From NCBI GenBank assembly GCA_035457485.1, contig DATIBO010000006.1, forward strand, positions 562,659 to 626,658: DNA of 64,000 bases, written 5' to 3'. The translations under genes and the position numbers were made by a program. This document shows positions 55,888 to 63,883 of the stretch, one piece after another (within the stretch, counting starts at the first letter, position 1; each line of letters opens with the position of its first letter). This stretch comes from Candidatus Saccharimonadales bacterium (GTDB lineage: Bacteria > Patescibacteriota > Saccharimonadia > Saccharimonadales > EFPC-124). Below the pieces are notes generated by a model that saw only the letters and a program-made list of their open reading frames with translations, ran no database searches and was not told the DNA's origin.

Positions 55888-57322
55888 CAGGGTAGCAAAC
55901 ATTGCGATCTTTCCATTCAACTTCACCAAACTCGTAGCTTAGCATGCTTATTAAACCTACGATCAGTTCCTGCACTAAAACTATAGGTAGACACAAAACC
56001 GCAACAGGCCAGCTAGAAGGCTGACTACGGAATAAAACTAATCCATAGCAAATCAACAAAAGAGCACTCGTTATTAGATTTATTAGTAGCAAAAAGTCTA
56101 AATCCATCAAAAGATAAAGCGGCCATAAAAAAGGGCCTAATGTAAACACACCTACGGCTGCCAGCGCAAAAAGCATATAGTATGGCTGACGTTTAAATGT
56201 CGGATATAGGATCCTAACGGATGTGCGAACTTGGCTTCGCCACTTTTTTGCAGCAGTTATGTCGAGTTCTTTATCGCTTATTAAAAAACGATACGAATTA
56301 CGAGCAAAAAGCCGCGAAGCAAAAAACGCTTCGGGCAAAATTTTATGTCTAACAGACTTGAAACCACCAAGTTTTTTAAGGGCTTCTGTTTTAATAAGCC
56401 AGCTTTTGCTACTTACAGGCACGTGACGCTTACCAATTGGTAGCACTACCTGCCAAAAATATTGCAAAGTCCCAAAAACCGTGTTAAAACCTGTACTGAA
56501 CATATTCTGCGGCAGTACGCTGATCATTTCAACATTAGTACTTATAGCTTGAGTCATGAGTTTACTTACTGATTTTTCTCCCAAATGGGTATCCACCCCC
56601 ATAAATAAAATCCACTCACCGTTAGCGTGCTCTGCCAAAGTTTGCATGGCTTGATTTTTACCAAGCCAGCCATCGGCAGGCAATGCGCCCTGGACAAATC
56701 TAACGCCTGCGTGAGCATATGACTTTATAATTTGGGCGGTTTTGTCCTGAGAACAATCATCCAAAACAAGGATCTCGAGCTTGGGGTAGTCAGTTTGCAG
56801 CGCGGTATCGATGCATTCTATCAAAGCGTCATCCTCGTTTCGGGCAGGGATACATATACTGACAGTTGGTTTTTGTGTCAATTCGCCACTTTTAACTTTA
56901 AAATGTCGTAACGTCCAAATCACCTGCACTATCAAAGCAACTGCAACGCCAAACGAAATAGCGCTAACTAATAGTATCCAGTTTGCGCCGATCCAGGCAA
57001 AAACAATAATTGTTAAAAAAGTAGTTAATGCCAACACGAGGTTAAGCCTGGTACTATTTTTTAAAAATTCAGCGTTCAACCTACCAAAGACCAACCTACT
57101 AGCAACCAAAACGAGCCAAGCCTGAGCAATGGTCATTAAAATAATTCCAATCGAAGTCGGCATCCAGCCAACAAACGCCATACTGACCACCGTAAGCGCG
57201 CCAAAAACCTGGCCAACCATTTTGCGCTTTTGCCATAACCGATCATTGTGCGTGCTATAAAATAGTCCAATAATCGCGATCAGGAGTGGCAAAAGCCAAC
57301 ATAAAAATGGTAAATCTTGCAT
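55835..57322 (-). CDS. Integral-membrane family-2 glycosyltransferase
   Basis: ICIPARNED...VLDDCSQDKT GT2 signature flanked by TM helices. 3' end overlaps the kinase gene by 53 nt. Confidence 0.8.
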   Translation of the reverse strand: MQDLPFLCWLLPLLIAIIGLFYSTHNDRLWQKRKMVGQVFGALTVVSMAFVGWMPTSIGIILMTIAQAWLVLVASRLVFGRLNAEFLKNSTRLNLVLALTTFLTIIVFAWIGANWILLVSAISFGVAVALIVQVIWTLRHFKVKSGELTQKPTVSICIPARNEDDALIECIDTALQTDYPKLEILVLDDCSQDKTAQIIKSYAHAGVRFVQGALPADGWLGKNQAMQTLAEHANGEWILFMGVDTHLGEKSVSKLMTQAISTNVEMISVLPQNMFSTGFNTVFGTLQYFWQVVLPIGKRHVPVSSKSWLIKTEALKKLGGFKSVRHKILPEAFFASRLFARNSYRFLISDKELDITAAKKWRSQVRTSVRILYPTFKRQPYYMLFALAAVGVFTLGPFLWPLYLLMDLDFLLLINLITSALLLICYGLVLFRSQPSSWPVAVLCLPIVLVQELIVGLISMLSYEFGEVEWKDRNVCYPVISQGQRSVPLKEELQR

Positions 57323-57339
57323 AGTTTAATTCTACCAGC

Positions 57340-57368
57340 TTGACGAAGCTAATGCATGTTGGTAGTAT
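57340..57368 (+). promoter_or_regulatory. Promoter of secE-nusG (TTGACG-17-TAGTAT)
   Basis: Read directly. Confidence 0.5.
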
Positions 57369-57380
57369 TGACATTGATCA

Positions 57381-57404
57381 CCTACCATTTATGGTAGGCT
57401 TTTT
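57381..57404 (+). promoter_or_regulatory. Promoter-proximal hairpin plus U-run (possible attenuator)
   Basis: CCTACCA-TTTA-TGGTAGG followed by CTTTTT, lying between the promoter and the secE RBS. Confidence 0.35.
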
Positions 57405-57420
57405 AATATAAAGGAGCACC

Positions 57421-57705
57421 GTGGTTAAAGATGAGGCAAAAAAGCCAGGCAAAGTAAAAAGCGCCCTAAAAAGCGTTAAACTGCCGAAAGCTAAACTGGG
57501 GATGAAAATGCCAAAAAAATGGCTTAAAGCTATTGGCGGTTATTTTAGTGGCGCGGTCGTTGAACTTAAACAAGTTAAATGGCCAAACCGCAAAGCCAGC
57601 ATCAGCTTAACAGTGGCAGTAATCTTATTTACAGCAGTAATGAGCGGCTTTATTTTAGCCCTCGACTACGGGTTCGAACAACTATTTAAGCAGGTAATTT
57701 TATAA
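57421..57705 (+). CDS. secE: Preprotein translocase subunit SecE
   Basis: Lys-rich N-terminus, single C-terminal TM, 'ELKQVKWPNRK' motif, position upstream of nusG. GTG start after AAGGAG. Confidence 0.85.
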   Translation: MVKDEAKKPGKVKSALKSVKLPKAKLGMKMPKKWLKAIGGYFSGAVVELKQVKWPNRKASISLTVAVILFTAVMSGFILALDYGFEQLFKQVIL

Positions 57706-58256
57706 TGAGCACAAGCAAACGTTACGACAGCGCCAAACATTGGTATGCTATTCACACTTACAGTGGCTACGAAGAAAAGGTGGCCGAGAGTATTCGTCAG
57801 CGCGTTGACAGCGTTGACATGGCTGACAAAATCTTTGATGTAATGGTTCCAAAAGAGAAGCAAATCGAGATTAAAAACGGTAAGCGACGCGTTGCTGAAA
57901 AGAAGATTTTTCAGGGCTACGTTTTGGTTGAGATGAAACTTAGTGAAGACGCTTGGTACATTATTCGCAACACTCCGGGTGTAACTGGTTTTGTTGGTAG
58001 CGGTACCGCTCCAACCCCAGTTAGCGACGACGAAATGACAAAAATCAAAAAACGCATGGGCGTTGAAGAACCAAAACACCGCATTGATTTTGCGGTCGGC
58101 GAAGTTGTAAGTATTGTTGACGGGCCATTTAAAGGCTTTGACGGTGCGATCAACGAAATTGACACTCAAAAAGGTAAGATCAAAGTGCTGGTTAGTATGT
58201 TTGGTCGCGATACACCTGTTGAGCTCGATGCCCTACAGGTTAAAAAAGTTAGTTAG
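57705..58256 (+). CDS. nusG: Transcription termination/antitermination factor NusG
   Basis: NGN domain plus KOW (GPFKGFDG). Confidence 0.95.
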   Translation: MSTSKRYDSAKHWYAIHTYSGYEEKVAESIRQRVDSVDMADKIFDVMVPKEKQIEIKNGKRRVAEKKIFQGYVLVEMKLSEDAWYIIRNTPGVTGFVGSGTAPTPVSDDEMTKIKKRMGVEEPKHRIDFAVGEVVSIVDGPFKGFDGAINEIDTQKGKIKVLVSMFGRDTPVELDALQVKKVS

Positions 58257-58282
58257 AACCTAAATAAGTCTATATGTGAAGA

Positions 58283-58318
58283 GGTCCCCGCCAGCGATTG
58301 CCAGCGGGGACCTTTTTT
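58283..58318 (+). terminator. Rho-independent terminator after nusG
   Basis: GGTCCCCGC / GCGGGGACC stem plus TTTTTT. Confidence 0.75.
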
Positions 58319-58344
58319 CACACACGATGTTGCGCGGCCGAAGT

Positions 58345-59130
58345 TCAGCCGCCGAGGCCCTCGTACAGCCCCCGGGCGTGGAGGCGGTCGACGATGGCGA
58401 TGAGCGCCTGGATGATGGTGTAGAGCTGCTCGGCCCGCTTGAGGGTCATCTCGGGCGAGCCCTGCTCCTCCGCGGTCTGCGCGGCCGGGTGGATGTAGTC
58501 CACGTCGACCGACATGACTCGCAGGCCGTCGGCCATCGTGAAGATGACCGGAACCATCAGGCTGTCCCACTTGTCGCCGAACTCGCCGTTGTAGTTCAGC
58601 ATGTGGGGGAGGGCCTTGAGCGACCAGACCCGCGGCCCGAACCAGAAGTCGAACTCGGCACCGAGCAGGCCGGCCACGGCGCTGTTGCCCATGATCTCGG
58701 CATGCTGCTGCTCGATCGGGTACGAGGCCAGACTCGTGCGCCGCGGGACCACCAGATCGGCCTGGCCCTGCAGGACCGGGGTCGCCGCCTGGGCCAGGAG
58801 ATCCGCGAAGCTCAGCTTCTCGGGCTCCATCCAGGCGACTGCCTTGCAGCCGATGCGCTGGGAAGCGTAGAGCATCGCTTGCCGGCGACCAGCTCCCATG
58901 CTGGGCTTGCCGGTACGCGGGTCAGGACTCTCCTCGAGAATCGTGACACCGTCGATCCGCCAAACCTGCTCGAGCCACTCCTCGGGGGAGCCGCCGTCCA
59001 CGACCACCACGCGGTAGCCGAGGGCACTGAGCTTCTCGAGAGTGACCAGGGCGAGCTGCGCCCGGGTCTCCATCGCACTGCGGTACATGGTCGTCGTTGC
59101 GACCACGACCTCGGAGCGAGCATTCGTCAC
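58345..59130 (-). CDS. GT-A-fold glycosyltransferase-like protein (about 261 aa), GC-rich
   Basis: Beta-strand/Rossmann pattern VVVATTTMY...VVVVDGGS...WMEPEK. GTG start 5 nt after GAGGTG. The 282-aa track ORF extends into the AT-rich 5' UTR. Confidence 0.5.
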   Translation of the reverse strand: MTNARSEVVVATTTMYRSAMETRAQLALVTLEKLSALGYRVVVVDGGSPEEWLEQVWRIDGVTILEESPDPRTGKPSMGAGRRQAMLYASQRIGCKAVAWMEPEKLSFADLLAQAATPVLQGQADLVVPRRTSLASYPIEQQHAEIMGNSAVAGLLGAEFDFWFGPRVWSLKALPHMLNYNGEFGDKWDSLMVPVIFTMADGLRVMSVDVDYIHPAAQTAEEQGSPEMTLKRAEQLYTIIQALIAIVDRLHARGLYEGLGG

Positions 59131-59316
59131 GCTACACCTCACTTGAATCGTGCGTGATGGGCCACGATCGTAGCCCATAGCAAAAAATGCCAAATGAAAC
59201 TTTATAATTAATTAGTAATATTGTCAATATAAGTTCAGAGGTTTCGACAAAACAGAAACCATAACCCTGCGGAGGAGCGCCACGCATGGCAGCGCCCCTC
59301 CTGACGAAGACTAGGA

Positions 59317-59790
59317 TCAGTCCTCGTCGCCCGCGGCCGCGGTCAGCGCGACGTTCAGTCGCCGTGCGTTGTTGTAGTGGAACACCCGCAGGCACGCGCG
59401 CATCAGCGACCGGCTGGGCAGGCCGCATTCAGGGTGGTAGCGGCGCGGCAGCCGGCGAGCGAGTCGCACCAGAGTGTCACACGAGACAGCGCCGTCGACG
59501 ATCAGTTCGAGCTCGGTGGGTTCCGGGCTGTCTTCGAGCGACGAGAACGCGGCGAGCACGAGGCCCAGGGCGCTTTTACTCGAAACACCCAAGTCGTCCA
59601 TCATGCGGTTGATCGTCGTGCGCGCGATCTCCTCGGAAGGGAACTTCCGGATAGAACGCGCAGCGAGCAGGCCACTGAAGCCTCGGTCTCGCAGCAGAGC
59701 CACGAACGACTGCAGCGTCGCCGCTTCGCGTTCGATCTGGCTCATCGCTGCCGCCACTCGGGGCGGTAGCGAATCTCTACCGTTGCTCAT
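59317..59790 (-). CDS. Putative HTH DNA-binding protein (about 157 aa), GC-rich
   Basis: HTH-like segment PSEEIARTTINRMMDDLGV. ATG 59790 follows GGAAGAAGG. Confidence 0.45.
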   Translation of the reverse strand: MSNGRDSLPPRVAAAMSQIEREAATLQSFVALLRDRGFSGLLAARSIRKFPSEEIARTTINRMMDDLGVSSKSALGLVLAAFSSLEDSPEPTELELIVDGAVSCDTLVRLARRLPRRYHPECGLPSRSLMRACLRVFHYNNARRLNVALTAAAGDED

Positions 59791-59921
59791 GATGCCTTCT
59801 TCCGTACGTCTCACAGGCAGTGTTGCCTCGATAAACGCAAGTCACGGCGTGACAAGGTGAGATCCTGACGCGAATAAAAACGCCAAGAACTCACCTCGTC
59901 AGATTCCTGTTTTGTCAAAGT

Positions 59922-59940
59922 ATTCTGTTTTTTACAGAAT
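59922..59940. promoter_or_regulatory. Perfect inverted repeat ATTCTGT-N5-ACAGAAT in the divergent promoter region (candidate operator)
   Basis: Read directly. Lies between the HTH gene and lipoprotein gene 1. Confidence 0.3.
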
Positions 59941-59983
59941 TCGTAAATTATACACTTTATGTGGTTTTTTGCAAACCATTATT

Positions 59984-60012
59984 TTGACATTGCCGATTGA
60001 AAATGATATAAA
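59984..60012 (+). promoter_or_regulatory. Promoter TTGACA-17-TATAAA for lipoprotein gene 1
   Basis: Consensus -35 hexamer; spacing counted as 17 nt. Confidence 0.55.
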
Positions 60013-60053
60013 AAATACCGCTAAGCACACACGCATCTGCCTGAGGAGGCGGA

Positions 60054-60563
60054 ATGAAACGCACCCTGCGAGACTTCGTGATCAGCGTCGCTATCACGAC
60101 GACAATGCTCCTGACGGCCTGCGGGCCGGAGGATCTGACACCGCGCGTCATGGAATACCCGATCAGCGACAAGCAGGCGGCCGACGTTCAGGCTCAGTTC
60201 CCCGGCATCGTCGGTGCAGGATTCCAGGTCCGACGGTCCGGCACAATCTACCGCACAACGGACAATACGCTCCGCTCCTGGATCACATGGGAAAACCCGG
60301 TCACCAACTGGAAAATCCGCACATTCATCCAGGATGACCCGGCCGACGGTGCCGCTCTGGTGGTGCGCAACGAGCCCCGAATGGAGCTCCGCGTCGAGTT
60401 GGACGGCAAAACGTACGCCTGCAGTGCGGGCGTCGTACCGGGCAGCCTCACCAAGGGGATGCTCGGCAAGCTCGTCGCGCTCAAGCCGACCGACGATCCG
60501 AGCAAGTGGGTCATCGATGGTAACCATTGGAGCTGCCGCGAGGTCGACGGTTCCGCAGTCTAA
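60054..60563 (+). CDS. GC-rich lipoprotein 1 (169 aa)
   Basis: Signal peptide with lipobox LLTA|C. GAGGAGG RBS. Confidence 0.7.
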   Translation: MKRTLRDFVISVAITTTMLLTACGPEDLTPRVMEYPISDKQAADVQAQFPGIVGAGFQVRRSGTIYRTTDNTLRSWITWENPVTNWKIRTFIQDDPADGAALVVRNEPRMELRVELDGKTYACSAGVVPGSLTKGMLGKLVALKPTDDPSKWVIDGNHWSCREVDGSAV

Positions 60564-60647
60564 CGTGAGGTGACAGCATGGTCCTGGGTGAGCTACGGCG
60601 CGCCTGGGACCTTGTCATTTTAAAGAGTCCCTGGGGGTTTAAATAAA

Positions 60648-60676
60648 TTGACTAAAATACAATTTTATGTTAATAT
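60648..60676 (+). promoter_or_regulatory. Promoter TTGACT-17-TAATAT for lipoprotein gene 2
   Basis: Read directly. Confidence 0.5.
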
Positions 60677-60723
60677 ATAAAACCGGAATACTCAGCACCT
60701 ACAACTGTTGCCCTGGAGGCACA

Positions 60724-61224
60724 ATGAACGTCCGTAAACTTGGCGTGGCCGTGAGTCTGTTCGCAGCGCTCCTGTACACTGCCGGCTGCGGTGGTGACGT
60801 CGAGAGCGACCAGGACACTAAAATCCCCGGCCCACGTGTCGAGAAGATGGTCCAGGCGACCACAACCTACAAGACCGTGGCGGCGACCAACTCCACCCTG
60901 AAGTTCGTAGACTACGAGGGTCACACCTACGTGGTCATGATGACCAGCCAGGACCCGCGAAGCGTGGAGCCGTGGTTCGGCATCATGCTCGACGGCGCCG
61001 GCCACATCAAGGCGAACGCGCCGATCCAGGTGATCTGGCCCTCCGACAATCCCTACCAGAACTTCTGGTGTAGTCGCGTCGGCCTCACCGAGCTCACACC
61101 CTCGAACATCGAGCAGGTCAAGATGGTGTGGATCTCCATGGTCAAGCCCGAACACGCCGACTACTGGACCTGGAAGGAAGGCCCGGCCCAGCTCAGCTGG
61201 AGCTGCCGGCTGCGTCATAGCTAA
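60724..61224 (+). CDS. GC-rich lipoprotein 2 (166 aa), possible distant paralogue of lipoprotein 1
   Basis: MNVRKLGVAVSLFAALLYTAG|C lipobox with a GGAGG RBS. Shares a C-S...KP...W...WSCR pattern with lipoprotein 1. Confidence 0.7.
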   Translation: MNVRKLGVAVSLFAALLYTAGCGGDVESDQDTKIPGPRVEKMVQATTTYKTVAATNSTLKFVDYEGHTYVVMMTSQDPRSVEPWFGIMLDGAGHIKANAPIQVIWPSDNPYQNFWCSRVGLTELTPSNIEQVKMVWISMVKPEHADYWTWKEGPAQLSWSCRLRHS

Positions 61225-61280
61225 AACTGAGTTTCCAAGAGCCTGTGCCCCGTGCCCAGGCTCTTGTAATATTCATATGG

Positions 61281-61309
61281 TTGCAAAAAATACAAATATA
61301 ACGTATAAT
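61281..61309 (+). promoter_or_regulatory. Promoter of rplK-rplA (TTGCAA-17-TATAAT)
   Basis: Read directly. Confidence 0.55.
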
Positions 61310-61345
61310 CTACCTCAGTTACGCACTCCGTAAACAATAAAATAA

Positions 61346-61374
61346 GTGGGAGGCATGAAAGCCGCTTGAACCAC
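61346..61374 (+). promoter_or_regulatory. Structured leader element, copy 1 (GTGGGAGGC-loop-GCCGCT-N4-CCAC), candidate L1-binding autoregulatory site
   Basis: Near-identical helix-forming arms to 61822-61851, with different loop sequences. Confidence 0.45.
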
Positions 61375-61387
61375 AAAGGAGTTTTTT

Positions 61388-61813
61388 ATGGCAAAAGTTG
61401 TCAAAGCTAATCTTAAAATGCGCATCCCTGGCGGCCGCGCGACTGCTGGTCCTCCAGTTGGTTCTATCTTAGGTCAGCACGGTCTAAACCTTATGGATTT
61501 TGTTAGCGGCTTTAACGAGCGCAGCAAAGACTACATGGGCAAAGACGTTATTGTGCATGTAAAAGTTTACGAAGACCGTACTTACGACTACGAGATTATC
61601 GGTCAACCAGTCGACGACATGATCCGCGAAGCAATTGGAATCCAAAAAGGTTCTGGCAAACCACACACCGACAAAGTTGGTAAAATTAGCCAAGAAAAAG
61701 TTCGCGAAATCGCCGAAAAGAAGATGACCGTACTAAACGCAAATGATATCGACGCGGCTATGAAAGTTGTAGCCGGAACTGCGCGTAGCATGGGTGTTGA
61801 AGTAGAAAAATAA
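61388..61813 (+). CDS. rplK: 50S ribosomal protein L11
   Basis: Canonical L11 (PPVGSILGQHG). Confidence 0.97.
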   Translation: MAKVVKANLKMRIPGGRATAGPPVGSILGQHGLNLMDFVSGFNERSKDYMGKDVIVHVKVYEDRTYDYEIIGQPVDDMIREAIGIQKGSGKPHTDKVGKISQEKVREIAEKKMTVLNANDIDAAMKVVAGTARSMGVEVEK

Positions 61814-61821
61814 TAAGCATT

Positions 61822-61851
61822 GTGGGAGGCTCGAAAAGCCGCTCGCACCAC
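61822..61851 (+). promoter_or_regulatory. Structured leader element, copy 2, directly upstream of the rplA RBS
   Basis: GTGGGAGGC TCGAAAA GCCGCT CGCA CCAC. Confidence 0.45.
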
Positions 61852-61861
61852 AGGAGACAAT

Positions 61862-62797
61862 ATGGCTAAAGAAGAAATCGCAAAAAGCGAAGAACTAGAG
61901 ACTACTGCTGTAGCCGCAGAAGAAACCGCTACCGAGGGGCCAAAAGCTGAAAAAACCAGCGCAAAAGCCGGTAAGCGCAGCGAGAAGGCTCAAAAAGAAA
62001 CTGAAGCTAAAATCGCTAAAGAAGAGCGCAAAAGCAAAGGCGATACAACACCACAAGAAGGTGCCGAAGTTAAAGTTGCTCAAAAGCAAAACCCAACTCG
62101 CAGCAAGCTAGAACGCCGTGGCAAAAACTACCGCAAAGTAGCTGAACTTGTTGAAAAAGGCAAAGCCTACAGTCTTAAAGAGGCTCTAGAACTTGCTACA
62201 AAAACAAGTGTTGGTAAATTTGACGCAACCGTTGAGTTGCACTTAAACCTTAATGTAGATCCACGTCAAGCTGACCAAAACTTGCGCGGCACCGTAAGTC
62301 TACCAAACGGTACAGGCAAAACTGTTCGTGTTGCAGCTTTTGTATCGGCCGACCAAGTTGAAGCAGCTAAAAAAGCTGGCGCTGACATTGCCGGCGAAGA
62401 CGACTTTTTGCAGTTGCTAGACAAAGGCGAGTTAAACTTTGACATTTTGATTAGCACACCACAGCTTATGGGCAAACTTGGTAAGTACGCACGTACTTTA
62501 GGCCCTAAGGGCTTAATGCCAAACCCCAAGAGCGGTACAGTTACGACTGCAGTCGCTAAAGCTGTTAAAGAAGCTAAGACTGGTAAAGTTGAATACCGCG
62601 TTGACAAGCAATCTATTGTTCACCAAGGCGTGGGCAAAGTGAGTTTTGGTGGCGACAAGCTTTACGAGAACGCAAAAATGTTTGTTGAAAACCTACAAAA
62701 CAACAAGCCGGCTAGCGTTAAAGGTGCTTTGATCAAGAGTATAGCTGTAACTACTACTATGGGTCCTGGCATCAAAGTTGACACTAGTAATCTATAG
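61862..62797 (+). CDS. rplA: 50S ribosomal protein L1 with an N-terminal Lys/Glu/Ala-rich extension of about 80 aa
   Basis: ATG 61862 follows CAGGAG. The L1 core begins near ...RGKNYRKVAELV. The track start at 61820 lies inside the leader element. Confidence 0.9.
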   Translation: MAKEEIAKSEELETTAVAAEETATEGPKAEKTSAKAGKRSEKAQKETEAKIAKEERKSKGDTTPQEGAEVKVAQKQNPTRSKLERRGKNYRKVAELVEKGKAYSLKEALELATKTSVGKFDATVELHLNLNVDPRQADQNLRGTVSLPNGTGKTVRVAAFVSADQVEAAKKAGADIAGEDDFLQLLDKGELNFDILISTPQLMGKLGKYARTLGPKGLMPNPKSGTVTTAVAKAVKEAKTGKVEYRVDKQSIVHQGVGKVSFGGDKLYENAKMFVENLQNNKPASVKGALIKSIAVTTTMGPGIKVDTSNL

Positions 62798-62813
62798 GCT
62801 ATAATTAGCCTGA

Positions 62814-63125
62814 ATGAATCGAAATCGTCTTAATAGGGACCCTAACCGCCACGGAGGCTACAATGTTAGCGCAGAGTTTAGCGACGGAATTGGCTATGTT
62901 CCAAACGCTGAGCGCCGTGGTCCTTCCATGGGCGGCCGGGCTGTGGAGCTAAACAAAAGACGAGACGGCTTAGACACCGAATATCAGAGAGTACTTGGAG
63001 CAATGGCTTCAGTACTCGCTGATTCTGGTGAACCTGACGAAAAACCGCGCCCAGCCGAAGCTGAAGACGACGAAATTATCAATTTTCCTTTAGACAAAAA
63101 AGACGACTATAATCTAGCTGCCTAA
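62814..63125 (+). CDS. Hypothetical protein (103 aa)
   Basis: ORF only. No family recognised. Confidence 0.45.
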   Translation: MNRNRLNRDPNRHGGYNVSAEFSDGIGYVPNAERRGPSMGGRAVELNKRRDGLDTEYQRVLGAMASVLADSGEPDEKPRPAEAEDDEIINFPLDKKDDYNLAA

Positions 63126-63144
63126 GTTCTGTTATGCTTATAGC

Positions 63145-63882
63145 ATGAGTATTTTAATTGGCATAACTGGAGCAATTGGCAGCGGTAAAACCACCTTTTC
63201 GGACTTTTTGGCCGCCGCGGAGCCAAGCCACACAATTTATGAAACTTGGCATGTTGTAGGCGAAATCGCTACGGCGTTTAACCAGGCCTTAAAGGCCGAG
63301 TTAGAATTTGAAACTTTTAAAAATAAACTTGAGCTCGCAAACCAAGCGCTGATTTGGCTTCCCGACGCGATCAGTGAGTATACGCACTTTGACTTGACGT
63401 GGAATCAACTTGCAATCACCAAGCGCGACCAACTAGAAAACTCAGCTCTATATGAAAAACTTTGGATTTATTTAGACCATGTCAGCAAAAATCCAAGTCT
63501 ACTAAATACCACGATCACAACTGCCAACAAAGAGACTTACCGTCCACTTTTGCAGTGGGTAGGTGCATATCTTGTAGCCAAAGCCAGCAAAACAATCTGG
63601 TATGACGAGATTTTTAGGAGGATAGAACTACGCGACAAAGACACGAATTTAGTGATTATAAATGGGGTACGGTACCCGAGTGACGCTGAGATAGTACGAA
63701 AACATGGTGGCAAAATTATAGAGATTGTACGGCCGCAAGCTAAGGATAAAGTTCAAGACCCAACCGAATCATCTAGAAACGAGATAGAAGCTGATGTAAT
63801 TATCAGAAACGAAGGCAACTTAGACGATCTAGCTCAACAGGCGTATGACCTATTAAATAACCTAAAATCTCGATGGGATTAA
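63145..63882 (+). CDS. P-loop NTPase, dephospho-CoA-kinase / dNMP-kinase-like, leaderless
   Basis: GITGAIGSGKTT Walker A. TCTGTTATGCT ends 6 nt before the ATG. Confidence 0.55.
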   Translation: MSILIGITGAIGSGKTTFSDFLAAAEPSHTIYETWHVVGEIATAFNQALKAELEFETFKNKLELANQALIWLPDAISEYTHFDLTWNQLAITKRDQLENSALYEKLWIYLDHVSKNPSLLNTTITTANKETYRPLLQWVGAYLVAKASKTIWYDEIFRRIELRDKDTNLVIINGVRYPSDAEIVRKHGGKIIEIVRPQAKDKVQDPTESSRNEIEADVIIRNEGNLDDLAQQAYDLLNNLKSRWD

Positions 63883-63883
63883 A

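Larger units (their letters stand above)
58270..61260. other. GC-rich segment E: four GC-rich ORFs separated by AT-rich promoter spacers, between nusG and rplK
   Basis: 60-mer 58381-58440 has 39/60 G+C (hand count). The spacers 59131-59316, 59815-60053 and 60564-60723 are AT-rich. Confidence 0.7.

Noticed and set aside
59317-59790. Possible transposase or integrase remnant: the C-terminal '...FHYNNARRLNVAL' faintly resembles the YNxxRPHxAL ending of rve-type integrases.
   Set aside because: The similarity is limited to a few residues. There is no DDE triad, no terminal inverted repeats and no target duplication. I call it only a putative HTH protein.
58276-61218. Antisense or alternative ORFs in segment E: 58253..58570 (-), 58276..59157 (+), 58601..58870 (+), 58812..59123 (-), 59132..59428 (-), 59286..59612 (+), 59377..59769 (+), 59474..59860 (+), 59912..60337 (+), 60021..60527 (-), 60214..60573 (+), 60248..60514 (-), 60670..61218 (-).
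   Set aside because: The same shadow-ORF argument applies. The chosen frames have lipoboxes or an RBS and plausible composition, while the alternatives run through AT-rich spacers or have extreme Arg/Gly/Asp/His content.
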